Source: Candidatus Woesearchaeota archaeon
GTDB taxonomy: Archaea; Nanobdellota; Nanobdellia; Woesearchaeales; GW2011-AR15
DNA length: 64,000 bases
Assembly: GCA_038874655.1 (NCBI GenBank)
Contig: JAVZBY010000002.1
Location: forward strand, 74,238 to 138,237
Direction: 5' to 3'
Position 1 is the first letter of the stretch, and each line of letters begins with the position of its first letter. Position numbers and translations under genes: made by a program. Positions 51,014 to 61,500 of this stretch are shown here, in pieces. A model generated the notes under the pieces. It had not been told where the DNA came from. It saw only the letters and a list, made by a program, of their open reading frames with translations, and ran no database searches.

Positions 51014-51068
51014 GAAAAATATATAAATAAGAAATATTATAAAAATATCATAGTAGCCATTTTACTAT
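51014..51068 (+). promoter_or_regulatory. Putative BRE+TATA promoter followed by palindrome ATAGTA-N7-TACTAT
   Basis: GAAAAATATATAAATA at 51014-51029; palindrome at 51050-51068 near the expected start site, upstream of an RHH gene. Confidence 0.5.
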
Positions 51069-51105
51069 ACTAAAATTTCCTCAACATAAAAAAAGCTTAA
51101 GTCAA

Positions 51106-51261
51106 ATGAAAAAAAAAGTAAACATTGCTTTGGATGAAGATTTGCACACAAAAGCAAAAGTAATTGCTGTTCTAAAAAATATTACTCTTAACGATTATAT
51201 TGAAAAGGCATTAGATGAAGCTGTAAAAAAAGATAAATCTATACTAGATAAATTAAAATGA
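51106..51261 (+). CDS. Ribbon-helix-helix protein, not in ORF track
   Basis: Manual translation: MKKKVNIALDEDLHTKAKVIAVLKNITLNDYIEKALDEAVKKDKSILDKLK* (51 aa); ATGA overlap with the next gene. Confidence 0.85.
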   Translation: MKKKVNIALDEDLHTKAKVIAVLKNITLNDYIEKALDEAVKKDKSILDKLK

Positions 51262-54200
51262 TAAACTCACAATTTTCAAAAATAAAAAATAGTAAATTGA
51301 AATTTTATGTAATCTTACTTATTTACTTGACTTTGTTAGTTAAATCTAATTTGGCCTTAGGTTCTATAATCACAGGACAAATAACACCAAATACAATTAA
51401 TCTTTGTGGTTCTAATTCACAATATGTTACAATAACAGCTTATAATTTATTTAATGTAGAAAATACAACATTAACTAATGTAAATGCAAATCTATATATA
51501 AATGGAAATCCAGGTTTAACTTTTATAACTAACCAAAATGTAAATTTGGGGAATATAAATCCATTAAGTTATTCTGCATTAAATCCCTCATGGACTATAC
51601 AATGTAATACGCCTAATTCAGGAATTTACACAGCTTACATAAATTATAGCAGTTCAAATGGTTATAAAGCATCCTCTATTAATGAACAAACTATAACTTT
51701 AATTATACATGATTCAATAACCTTTACAGGAAATATTTCTTTAGAATCAAACACACAGACAATAGACGAAGATTATCCAATCATAAATGACAACACACCA
51801 ACAATAAAAGTATTTACAACTAAAAATTCAATTTGTAAAGGTACCTTAAACAATGATAAAGATTATGAAAACATGGATTTCCTATTTTATGGTTTAGAAA
51901 AAGATCACAATTATACATTTGTTAATCAACTGAATGAGGGAAAACACATCCTTTATGTCAAATGTAAAGATGATATAAATAATTTGATGCAGCTAACTAT
52001 GCAATTTGAAATTGATTCAAAAGAACCTATCATAACAATAATATCTCCAGAATCAAAAGTTCTAGGAACATATGCAGAAATCATATTAAACTTAAATGAA
52101 ATAGCAGAGTGTCGTTATAGTAAGAGTAATACAGATTTTAATGAAATGAAAACTTTTGATAATAAAAACACAACTACTTTTAAAGTAAAATTAGATGATT
52201 TAGAAGAAAAAACTTACACTTACTTTATAAAATGTAAAGATAAAATTGGAAATATTGCTTCAAAACAAATTGATTTTGAAGTGGCAATTCCTCCACAAGC
52301 ATCTATTCAATTAGAAAAAACAACATTAACAAAAGGCACATATGAAATAAAATTAATTCCAACTAAAAAACTAAAATCAGCTTATCTATATTATTCATTT
52401 ACAGATGATCCACAATCAAAAAGAGAAATTGGTTTAGTAAAAGAAGGCAATTACTATAAAGGTTATCTCATTATAGACGAGCAAGAAAAAACAAGACAAG
52501 GTATATTTTCTTTTAAAGGCATAGATTTACAAGACAATGAAGGAACAGAAATAACAGATGGCTCATTTTTTATAGTAGATACAATAAAGCCAAATGCACC
52601 AGATTCTTTACAAGGAAAAAATACAGATCAAGGTATTTTATTAAGATGGTATTATGAGGGTGAAAAACCAGAAAAATTCATTATATACAGATCAACAACA
52701 CAAGGAATTACTCCTATTTTTTATTATGATTCTATTAAACCAAATAACCTAGAAAATTATTATGAATATTTAGATAAAAACACACAATCAGGACAACTAT
52801 ATTATTATAGAATATCTGCTGTTGACATTGCTGGAAACATTGGAATAATGTCTAATGAAATAAGTGTTTATTCAACTAATGAGATAAAAACAGAAATCCA
52901 AGAAACAATTAATCTACCTACACAAGAAACAAGAAATCTAAAAAAATCAACAGAAAAAAACATTGATTCATTATTAATTGATTTGGAATGGGCAATAAAT
53001 AATTTAAATGAGCAATCTACAAAAGAAAAATCAATATCAGATCTAAATTTAATAAAAAAAGTAATAGATTCAAAAGAAGCTATTCAAAGAGAAAAAAATT
53101 ATTATACAAATATTGATATAAATGAAATTTCAGATGAAGAATTAAGAAATAAACTCTCACAAACAGAAGCATTAATTGCAAGAACAAAAAAACTTACACC
53201 TAAAAGTTTAATATTAGATAAATCAACAACACAATTGCAATCAATTACAAACAACGACATTGAACTAATTGTTAGAGAATTATTAAAAGATCAAAATTAT
53301 ACAGAATCTCAAATAAAAAAATATATAAAAGAAATACAAAAAATAAATCAGGATTTAAAGGTTGAATCAGAGATTAAAACATTAACTTTAAAATACCTAG
53401 ATGATAGTTTTGAAAAACAAATTATTATAAGAAAAATATTTTCTTATGAGAAGCCAGAACCTTTAAATGACATAATAATGATAGAGATGATTCCAAAAAC
53501 AGTTGCCGGAGATATTTCAAGTATAGACATAAAAACACCAGATTATAGTATTGTTAAATCAGATCCAATAATATCTTGGAAATTTCAACAATTATCTTAT
53601 GATAAACAAAATTATTATTATGTATTATTAGCAAATGATAATAGTGAGAGTGCAAAAACAACCAAAACAATAGCAATTATAGATCCATTAAAAATAATCA
53701 ATAAAGAAAACAACTTATTAACAGGATTTAGTGTTTTTATTGTAAACATTAGCAACAACAAAGAATATTTAGGATTAATAGTTGGATCATTAATAATTAT
53801 GGTATTATTAACATACTATTTATACACAATAAATGTTTTAAATTTAAATATTTTTAACAGAGGAATTATTAAATTAAAATCTCTCTTCATGAAAAACCAA
53901 ATCCTTACTAATGGTTCAAATCTTTCTAATAAAAATAAATCCATTCAAAATGGAAGTCAAAATACTAATACTCAAAGCCTTTTATCAAATTCCAATGAAA
54001 TTAATCAAAATAATTTATCTTTTACCAAATTAGATAGCGAAATACCTCTTAAAAATAATTCTATAATTAATACAAATTCAAAATTAGGTAATAATAACAG
54101 TATTAACTATACTACCATTTTAGAACAAGAAAAAAAAATTTTTACCAATGGAGAATTTAAAAGATTAAAACAAGAGATTAATGATTTAATAACAAAAGAA

Positions 54201-54443
54201 GAAATTTCAAATATAGAACCAAAAAATTATTTTTATGCAAAAAATGGTGAAATAATTAGGGGTTTATCAGAATTAAAAATTGCATTAGAAAAAATGGATG
54301 ATTTTACATTTTACTATCATGCAAATGAAACAAAAAATGATTTTGCAGAATGGCTTTTTGCATTATATAAAAATAAAGATATATATCAATTAGTAAAAAG
54401 TGTACAAACAAAAGAGGAGTTAATCAAACTACTTGAAAAATAA
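51258..54443 (+). CDS. Single-pass surface protein with Ig/FN3-like domains and cytoplasmic DUF5752-like domain
   Basis: Signal peptide, YVKCKD Ig repeats, FN3 (LRW...FIIYRS...YYYRISAVD.AGN), TM, C-terminal FYAKNG...FYYHANETKNDFAEWL. Confidence 0.85.
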   Translation: MINSQFSKIKNSKLKFYVILLIYLTLLVKSNLALGSIITGQITPNTINLCGSNSQYVTITAYNLFNVENTTLTNVNANLYINGNPGLTFITNQNVNLGNINPLSYSALNPSWTIQCNTPNSGIYTAYINYSSSNGYKASSINEQTITLIIHDSITFTGNISLESNTQTIDEDYPIINDNTPTIKVFTTKNSICKGTLNNDKDYENMDFLFYGLEKDHNYTFVNQLNEGKHILYVKCKDDINNLMQLTMQFEIDSKEPIITIISPESKVLGTYAEIILNLNEIAECRYSKSNTDFNEMKTFDNKNTTTFKVKLDDLEEKTYTYFIKCKDKIGNIASKQIDFEVAIPPQASIQLEKTTLTKGTYEIKLIPTKKLKSAYLYYSFTDDPQSKREIGLVKEGNYYKGYLIIDEQEKTRQGIFSFKGIDLQDNEGTEITDGSFFIVDTIKPNAPDSLQGKNTDQGILLRWYYEGEKPEKFIIYRSTTQGITPIFYYDSIKPNNLENYYEYLDKNTQSGQLYYYRISAVDIAGNIGIMSNEISVYSTNEIKTEIQETINLPTQETRNLKKSTEKNIDSLLIDLEWAINNLNEQSTKEKSISDLNLIKKVIDSKEAIQREKNYYTNIDINEISDEELRNKLSQTEALIARTKKLTPKSLILDKSTTQLQSITNNDIELIVRELLKDQNYTESQIKKYIKEIQKINQDLKVESEIKTLTLKYLDDSFEKQIIIRKIFSYEKPEPLNDIIMIEMIPKTVAGDISSIDIKTPDYSIVKSDPIISWKFQQLSYDKQNYYYVLLANDNSESAKTTKTIAIIDPLKIINKENNLLTGFSVFIVNISNNKEYLGLIVGSLIIMVLLTYYLYTINVLNLNIFNRGIIKLKSLFMKNQILTNGSNLSNKNKSIQNGSQNTNTQSLLSNSNEINQNNLSFTKLDSEIPLKNNSIINTNSKLGNNNSINYTTILEQEKKIFTNGEFKRLKQEINDLITKEEISNIEPKNYFYAKNGEIIRGLSELKIALEKMDDFTFYYHANETKNDFAEWLFALYKNKDIYQLVKSVQTKEELIKLLEK

Positions 54444-54486
54444 CTTAAATAAAAAAACTTAAATTATATAATTTAGAGGATTAAAA

Positions 54487-55395
54487 ATGAAAAAAAGGGA
54501 GGGGACATCATTATTTATTTATGTATTTTTCATACTCATATTTTTTATATGGATTGCTTTATTATTTGAGCCCATCATACAAAGTCAACCCTATAATCAA
54601 ACAGCGATAATTAATGTGACTGTTAATATAACAAACTCTGCACCTATAATTACATCAATTTCCTTAGAAACACCTATTACTTTAATAGGATATGATACAA
54701 AAATGGTTTATTGTAATGCAACGGCATTTGATTTTGATAATAACACAGTAATAGCTAATGCAACATTTTATTATCAAGGATATTCACCAGACACCCCAGA
54801 TGATCAAAATTATCATTACACTAATGTAAGTTGTAGACAAACAGGTAGATATAATACAGAAACAAACTTTACATGTGGTTTTAATGTAAGTTTTTTTGCA
54901 AATAATGGAACATGGTATTGCAATATAACAGTTATAGATGATTTTGGAGCATTTAGTTCTAATATTAGTAATCCTGGCTTAATTCAACCTTTAATAGCAA
55001 TCTATGTTCCAGGAATATTGGATTTTGGAAACTTAAATCAAGGAGAAAATACATCAGACAAATTAGTTAATATAACAAATGCAGGAAATAGAAACATAAA
55101 CATTAGTGTAGAAGGTTGGGCGCAATATCCTGGAGATAATTTAGCAATGAATTGTACATTTGGAAACATTCCCATACAATACGAAAGATATAATATAAGC
55201 GCAAATTCAGATTTTATAAACATGTATCAACTAACCTCAACCACAACTATGATAAGAAACTTTTTTATTAGACAAAGAACAGATGAAAACTTAGATTCTG
55301 TAAATACAACATATTGGAAATTATATGCACCCATAGGAGCAGGAGGAGTTTGTACAGGTAAAATATTATTCACTGCAACCGATAGAGGCATTTAG
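54487..55395 (+). CDS. Secreted two-domain beta-sandwich protein (paralogue of 37471..38394)
   Basis: SQPYN..NVTVNITNSAP...TNAGNRNINISVEGW...WKLYAPIGAGGVCTGKILFTATDRG; SD GAGG. Confidence 0.8.
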   Translation: MKKREGTSLFIYVFFILIFFIWIALLFEPIIQSQPYNQTAIINVTVNITNSAPIITSISLETPITLIGYDTKMVYCNATAFDFDNNTVIANATFYYQGYSPDTPDDQNYHYTNVSCRQTGRYNTETNFTCGFNVSFFANNGTWYCNITVIDDFGAFSSNISNPGLIQPLIAIYVPGILDFGNLNQGENTSDKLVNITNAGNRNINISVEGWAQYPGDNLAMNCTFGNIPIQYERYNISANSDFINMYQLTSTTTMIRNFFIRQRTDENLDSVNTTYWKLYAPIGAGGVCTGKILFTATDRGI

Positions 55396-55573
55396 TAGAT
55401 AGATTAATTTAACATTTAGTAAATAGATTTATTTAAAATATTTTTTAATTTTTTCAATTATAATTTAAAGTTCTAATTATAATTTAAAAATCCTTTATCA
55501 TTTTTAGTTATTATTCTCAATAACAAATTTTATAAACTCAATTTTATTCACATAAATTAGGGGTGTGCTTTAT

Positions 55574-58500
55574 TTGAAAAAAAATAATTTACTCAATTTA
55601 TTAGTTATATTTCTATTAATTTTACTATTTATAAGTGTATTTTTTATAAACTCGCAACCAAAAATTATTTCTTATGAATATATAGAAAAATCAGAAAACA
55701 CACCTTTAGATTATTTTGAAATAACCTTAAATTATGAAGATTTGTCAAATACAAAAGTAGATATTATCTCAACTGAAAAAACATATTCTTTTTTAAATCC
55801 TGAAAAAAAAATTAAATTTTTTCCTAAGGAATATGGAAAACATGAAATAAATTTTTATAAAGAAGATGTTTTATTGGATTCTAGTTATTTTATATATGCA
55901 AATGAAAATTCTATTTATACAGATAAAACAAATTACTCAATTGGTGAGCAAGTAACAATTTCCATAATATCTACTAAAGAAACAAAAAATTTCATTTTAG
56001 AATTAATAGACAATAATAATAAAAAATATAATCTTTTTTCACCAAGCTCTATTGTGAAATTCATTCCAAATTCAGCAGGCAATTATAAAATCAACTTAAT
56101 AAAAGATAATAATAAAATAGCACAAACAGAATTCTATGTTGAATCAAAAGAGATTGAACCAATAAATTATGAAGGTCATTCTAATTATGAAATAGTTAAA
56201 ACACAATTAAAAATAAAACCCTTATCAAATTTAACTGAAAATTTAGGAAAGTTAAACAATTCTTTAGAAATAACAGGTAAAAATAAAAAATTAGAATATG
56301 AACTAGAAATAATAAATAGTTCTGATTTAATAAATGAAAATAATCTAATTCAAAATAATAAAAAAACTAAACTAAAATTAAAAAATTCTCATATAAAAGA
56401 AATAGAATTTTCAACTAATTTTCAAGGTAATTTAAAAATAGATGAGCCAAATATTAAAAAAATAAAAATTGAAAATCAAAATTTTAATGTTCCTGAAATT
56501 CCTGTTTTGGCTTCTTATGCAATAGATCCAAGAGATTTAGAATTTGAAAATGCTACAATAAAAGCAAGTGCAAAAGGTAATCAATTATGGAAATGCAAGG
56601 ACTGGGATTTTAACAATTCTTTATGCTTAGGTAGATGGGAAAAAATTTTAGATCTGATTCCTGGAGAAGATTATACTTTTGTTTTAGATAAACAAGATCC
56701 TGGATTTATTGAAACAGGAATTGCTTCTATTAACACAAACAAGCCGATATATTTGCCAAATGAAACAGTAAAATTAGATATTGTGATTGTAAATAAATAT
56801 GGTTATTTAGCAGATGCAGATATTAATATAAAAATAACTAATCCCTTAAATCAAAGTTTCGATTTTTCAGAAACACAAATAACAAAAATACAAAAAGGAA
56901 TTTATGAATTAAATTTTTCTAATACAAATGAAATTGGGTTATATGAGATTGAAATAATTGCATTAGGAAATAATGTAAATTCAACTTTATTTTCTTATTT
57001 TTTTGTAAATAATTCTTATGATTTTGATATAATACGAAAGGCAAAACAAGTTATAGACCCTAAAAATGAATATTTTATTTCTGAAATTAATATAGATATA
57101 AAAAATTTGGAACTAATCTCAAAAAATTATAATTTTACAGAAGTTTTGCCAGAAAGTTTTGAAATAATTAAAACAGAGCCAAATGCAGAAATAATTATAG
57201 AAAATAATACAAAAAAATTAATTTGGAGAAATCTATATGAGAATTCTAAAATTTTATATATAGCACAACCACCTATAAAAAGCCCTGAATTATATCAAAT
57301 TAATTCTTATATTGAATATGAACAAGATTTAAAATATAATCTTTTTAAAGAATCCAGACCATGGTTTTTAGCAATTGATCCAAGAGCAGTTTCAGCAATT
57401 TTTGTTTATAAAGATACAGTTGATTCTGGCATTGTAAAATATAGAATCTGGAATTCATCAACTAATTCTTTAATGCCTGAACAAAATGGCCCTAATGTTG
57501 GCAGTCCACCTACATGGCAAACTATTAAATGTATGAAAGAAGCACCTTTATGTTTATTAGTTGCAGTGCAAGCAGATACTACAATTGACTTTGCTTATTA
57601 TAATGAATCCAATAATCAATGGTCTTCAGTAACAAATTTAGGAACAGTAGATGATGATTATAAAAGTGTGGATATTGCATGTGAAGATTTATCTGGCAAT
57701 TGTTTAATTGCATATGAAACAAGCACAGCAGCAAATAACCAATTTGCATATAGAATATTTAATGCTACAAGCCAAACCTTAGGAGCACAAAATTTAGTTA
57801 CAATAACAGCTGCAACTGCAAATGCTTTTAGATACATTAATTTATATCCTAAATATAATTCAAACCAAATAGCAATTGTTTTACAAAACTTACAAACTGG
57901 AGGAGGTGAATATGAAGCAGCAATCTGGAATGGATCTGAATCAGGTGGCTTTATTGATTGGCAAGAATTATATGCAGACTCAGGTGATATTACTAAAAAA
58001 ACCTATTCCTGTTCATGGGAAGGAACTAGTAATGATTTAATTTGTTTTTATGTTAGAGACACTATTACAGGGTTATATGCATGGAATTATAATTCATTAA
58101 CTAGAACTTGGACAGACTTAGGAGAAGTTTGGCCAAGAACAGACATAGGACAAGAACCTGCTAATATATTTTCTTGCGGAGAAACACCTGAAACAGGTGA
58201 TTTAAATCATGATTCAGTTATGGTTATGTTTGTTGATAGAGGAGCAGATAGATTAGGTTCAATCTGGAATGGAACTAATTTTTTATTAACAATTAGACCG
58301 ACACAAGATGGAAATACAGAAGTTTCAAGAGATGACACAATGGCTTGCTCTTGGACACATGATGGAAACACAAATGTAATGGCTTGGGTAGATGCAGATT
58401 CTTTGATTCCAGAATGGGGTACTTATTCTTATTTAACAAATTCATTTAGTTTTGCACAATGGGATGTTGGCTCTACTGTTGGAATGCCTACTTGGGCAGA

Positions 58501-61500
58501 TGATGTTGAATCATTAAGAATTTCATTAAATCCTGAAAATGATGAAATGCTATTAACAGGACATGCATTAACATTAGGAACAATTCCATCAAATGTTAAT
58601 TGCACAAGATGGACAGGTAGCACTTTTGATATAACTGGCTGTGAAAATGTAGAAACAACAGGCAATTTAGATATAACAAGTGGAAGAGAATTCACAACTT
58701 ATATAGATGTAGATTGGTTTAGATATAATGCACCTCCTTTAGTATCAGCATTAATATATCCATTAAACAATTCAAATATAACAACATCAAATGTTAATTT
58801 TACTTTTATTGTTAGTGATGATATTGCATTAAGAAATTGCTCTATTTACTTAAACAATTCAGGTTGGCAAAGTGCAGGTGTTTTGTTTTTAGTTAAGAAT
58901 GGACAACCCTCAAATTTAACCCTAAGTTTAGCAGATGACAAATATACATGGAATGTTTTATGTTATGATTCCTCAACACCAAGTAAAATTGATTGGTATG
59001 ACTACAATTACACATTTACATTAGATGCTTCTCCACCAAATATAACAAACTTAAATATAGAGCCAGAAAAACAATTAGTAAATTTATTTGTTAATATAAG
59101 TGTAAATGTTTCTGATTACCTAGGCATTAAATTTGTTATTGCAGAAATTACTTATCCAAATTTAACCATAAAAAATTTTACAATGACAGAAAACGGAAAT
59201 ATTTTTAATTTAACATTTACAGAAACAACACAATTAGGTTTATATAACTTGACGATTCATTCAGAAGATTTGTTTGGAAATAAAAATTCTTCTATAAAAT
59301 CAAACTTTAACATTAGTCTAGAAGACTTATATTTAGAAACAGATAAAAATACTTATATTGCAGATGAAACTGTTTATATTTTAGGAAAAGGTTTCTATCC
59401 AAATAACAAAATTACTTTATACTTATATGACCCTACAGGAGACCCAATTTTAGGATTTCCTTATAATGTTTCCTCAAATTTAACAGGAGGTATTAATTCT
59501 ACATGGATTATTCCAAACAATCCTGTTTTAGGTTATTATAAATTAAATGCAACAGATACTTTTGATAAAACAAGGTCAATCAATATTTCTTTTAGAATAG
59601 TTAGTGCAATTGCAGAAACAGACAAAACAAACTATGAGCAAGGAGATTTTGTTTTGATTACTGGTTATAACTGGGACCCTTATGCAAATATCACCATAAA
59701 TATAACTGATCCAAATAACCAACAAGTTTTTGGGCAGATTAATTTAACAGCAAATTCTACAGGCAATATAAATACAACATGGCAAATTCCTTATAATGCA
59801 ACATTAGGTAATTATAATTTAAGGGCTTTCCAAACAAATGATTTAAGCAAAAAAAGTTCTTATATTTTTTCAGTATCAAAAAGAAATACTAATTTATCAA
59901 CTGATTTTGATTGGTATTATTTAGGAGATACTATTTATGTTTTGGGCTATGGTTTTAGTCCAGAATCAAATATCACTGTTTATGTTTATGATAATACAGG
60001 AAGCCCTATTTCACATTTCCCAAAAAATTATACCTCAAATAATACAGGGGCAATTAATTTTAGTTTTGTTTTCCCCATAGAACTGTATGAAGATACATTT
60101 TATATTAATGCAACTGATTTAAAATATCCTAATTTGTATACTAATACTAGCTTTATGATTGTCTCTCCGTATGTTCAAACAGATAAAGATTATTATTCAG
60201 ATGGTGAAACAGTTTATATTTATGGTTATTACTTTCCAAGAAACAAAAACATTACTATTAATATAACTGATGTTGATTCTAATTTAATTTCTGGCTATCC
60301 TAAAAATGTTTCATCAGATAATAATGGCTTTTTTACAGACACAACAACAGCTTATTCTGGAACATTAGCACAAACACCTTATGATGTTTTAGCATTTTAT
60401 CCACAAAATCCAAATTTACAAAGCCTTTATACATATTATGTATTAAGCATTACATCACTTTCAACAGATAAAAAATATTATACTTGGTGGGAAATTGTCA
60501 ATATAACAGGAAAATCATATAGTGAAACAAGTTATGTTGATGTATTTATAAAAGATTTATACAATAGTGGCTCTGTTTTAAATTATCCCCAAAGAGAATT
60601 AACTAACTCATTAGGAAGATTTAATCATTATTTTAATGTTAGTAATTATTGCCCAACAGATTTAAACATTATAGGAACAGATGTTGCTTATCCAGATTTA
60701 TTAAATGCATCAACAAATATAACAATAAGAGGATGGTGGAATTCATCTTGGCAGAAAAGAATTCCTATTTATATAACAAATTTATTAAACGAAAATAGAA
60801 CAAATGAAAGAATATTTGTAAATATTACAGGCTTGGGTGGTTATATAAAAAACTGTATTAATGAATCAAGAATTATCTCAACAGAAACATGGCAAGAAAT
60901 TCCTTTAAATGTAATAGGTGGAGATAATTCAACTTTCTGTGAAATTGTATTTTTAGCTAATATAACAGCAAACAAAATTAATGACACTAAATATTATTAT
61001 TATTACAATAATTCAAATGCAAAAAATCCAAATTATCCGATTTTAGAAGGTTATTATTATCAGATTTTATATGATGGGTTTGATGGTACAACAGATTTTA
61101 AAATTTCTGCAGGTGATTGTTTAATTGATGGAACACATGAATGTATAGATTCTTATCCTTGGGATGGTTTTGATTTATGTAGAGAAAGTGATGCTGCAAC
61201 AGCTTATGGTGTATGTGCATCACCTTATATGGGTGTAAAAGGAGGTAGAGGATTATGGGCTAGAGGTGGCTTAGATCAAAACACAGCAGGAGATGGCTTA
61301 TTTTATTATTTGAATAGTACTCCCTGTAATAATGATTTTTGTCATAACATTTTTTTATCCTATTATGAAGCAGCTTTTTCTTTAGATTTAGCAACAGAGG
61401 GCTCAAGGGTTTATGTAAATGATTCAACAACAACACTAACAATTAGCTCTTGTCAAAATGCTCAACCTTGTGAATCAACTGTTTTAGCAACAACCTATTT

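Noticed and set aside
49648-51261. Toxin-antitoxin module or integrated mobile element
   Set aside because: The RHH genes have no adjacent recognisable toxin in operon arrangement, and no integrase, transposase or att-like repeats were seen.
29825-61442. Other nested small ORFs (29825, 34343, 35884, 39380, 39680, 43996, 45680, 47561, 55038, 58429, 61260)
   Set aside because: They overlap longer, motif-supported CDSs; 58429 and 61260 are antisense to the unlisted giant ORF.
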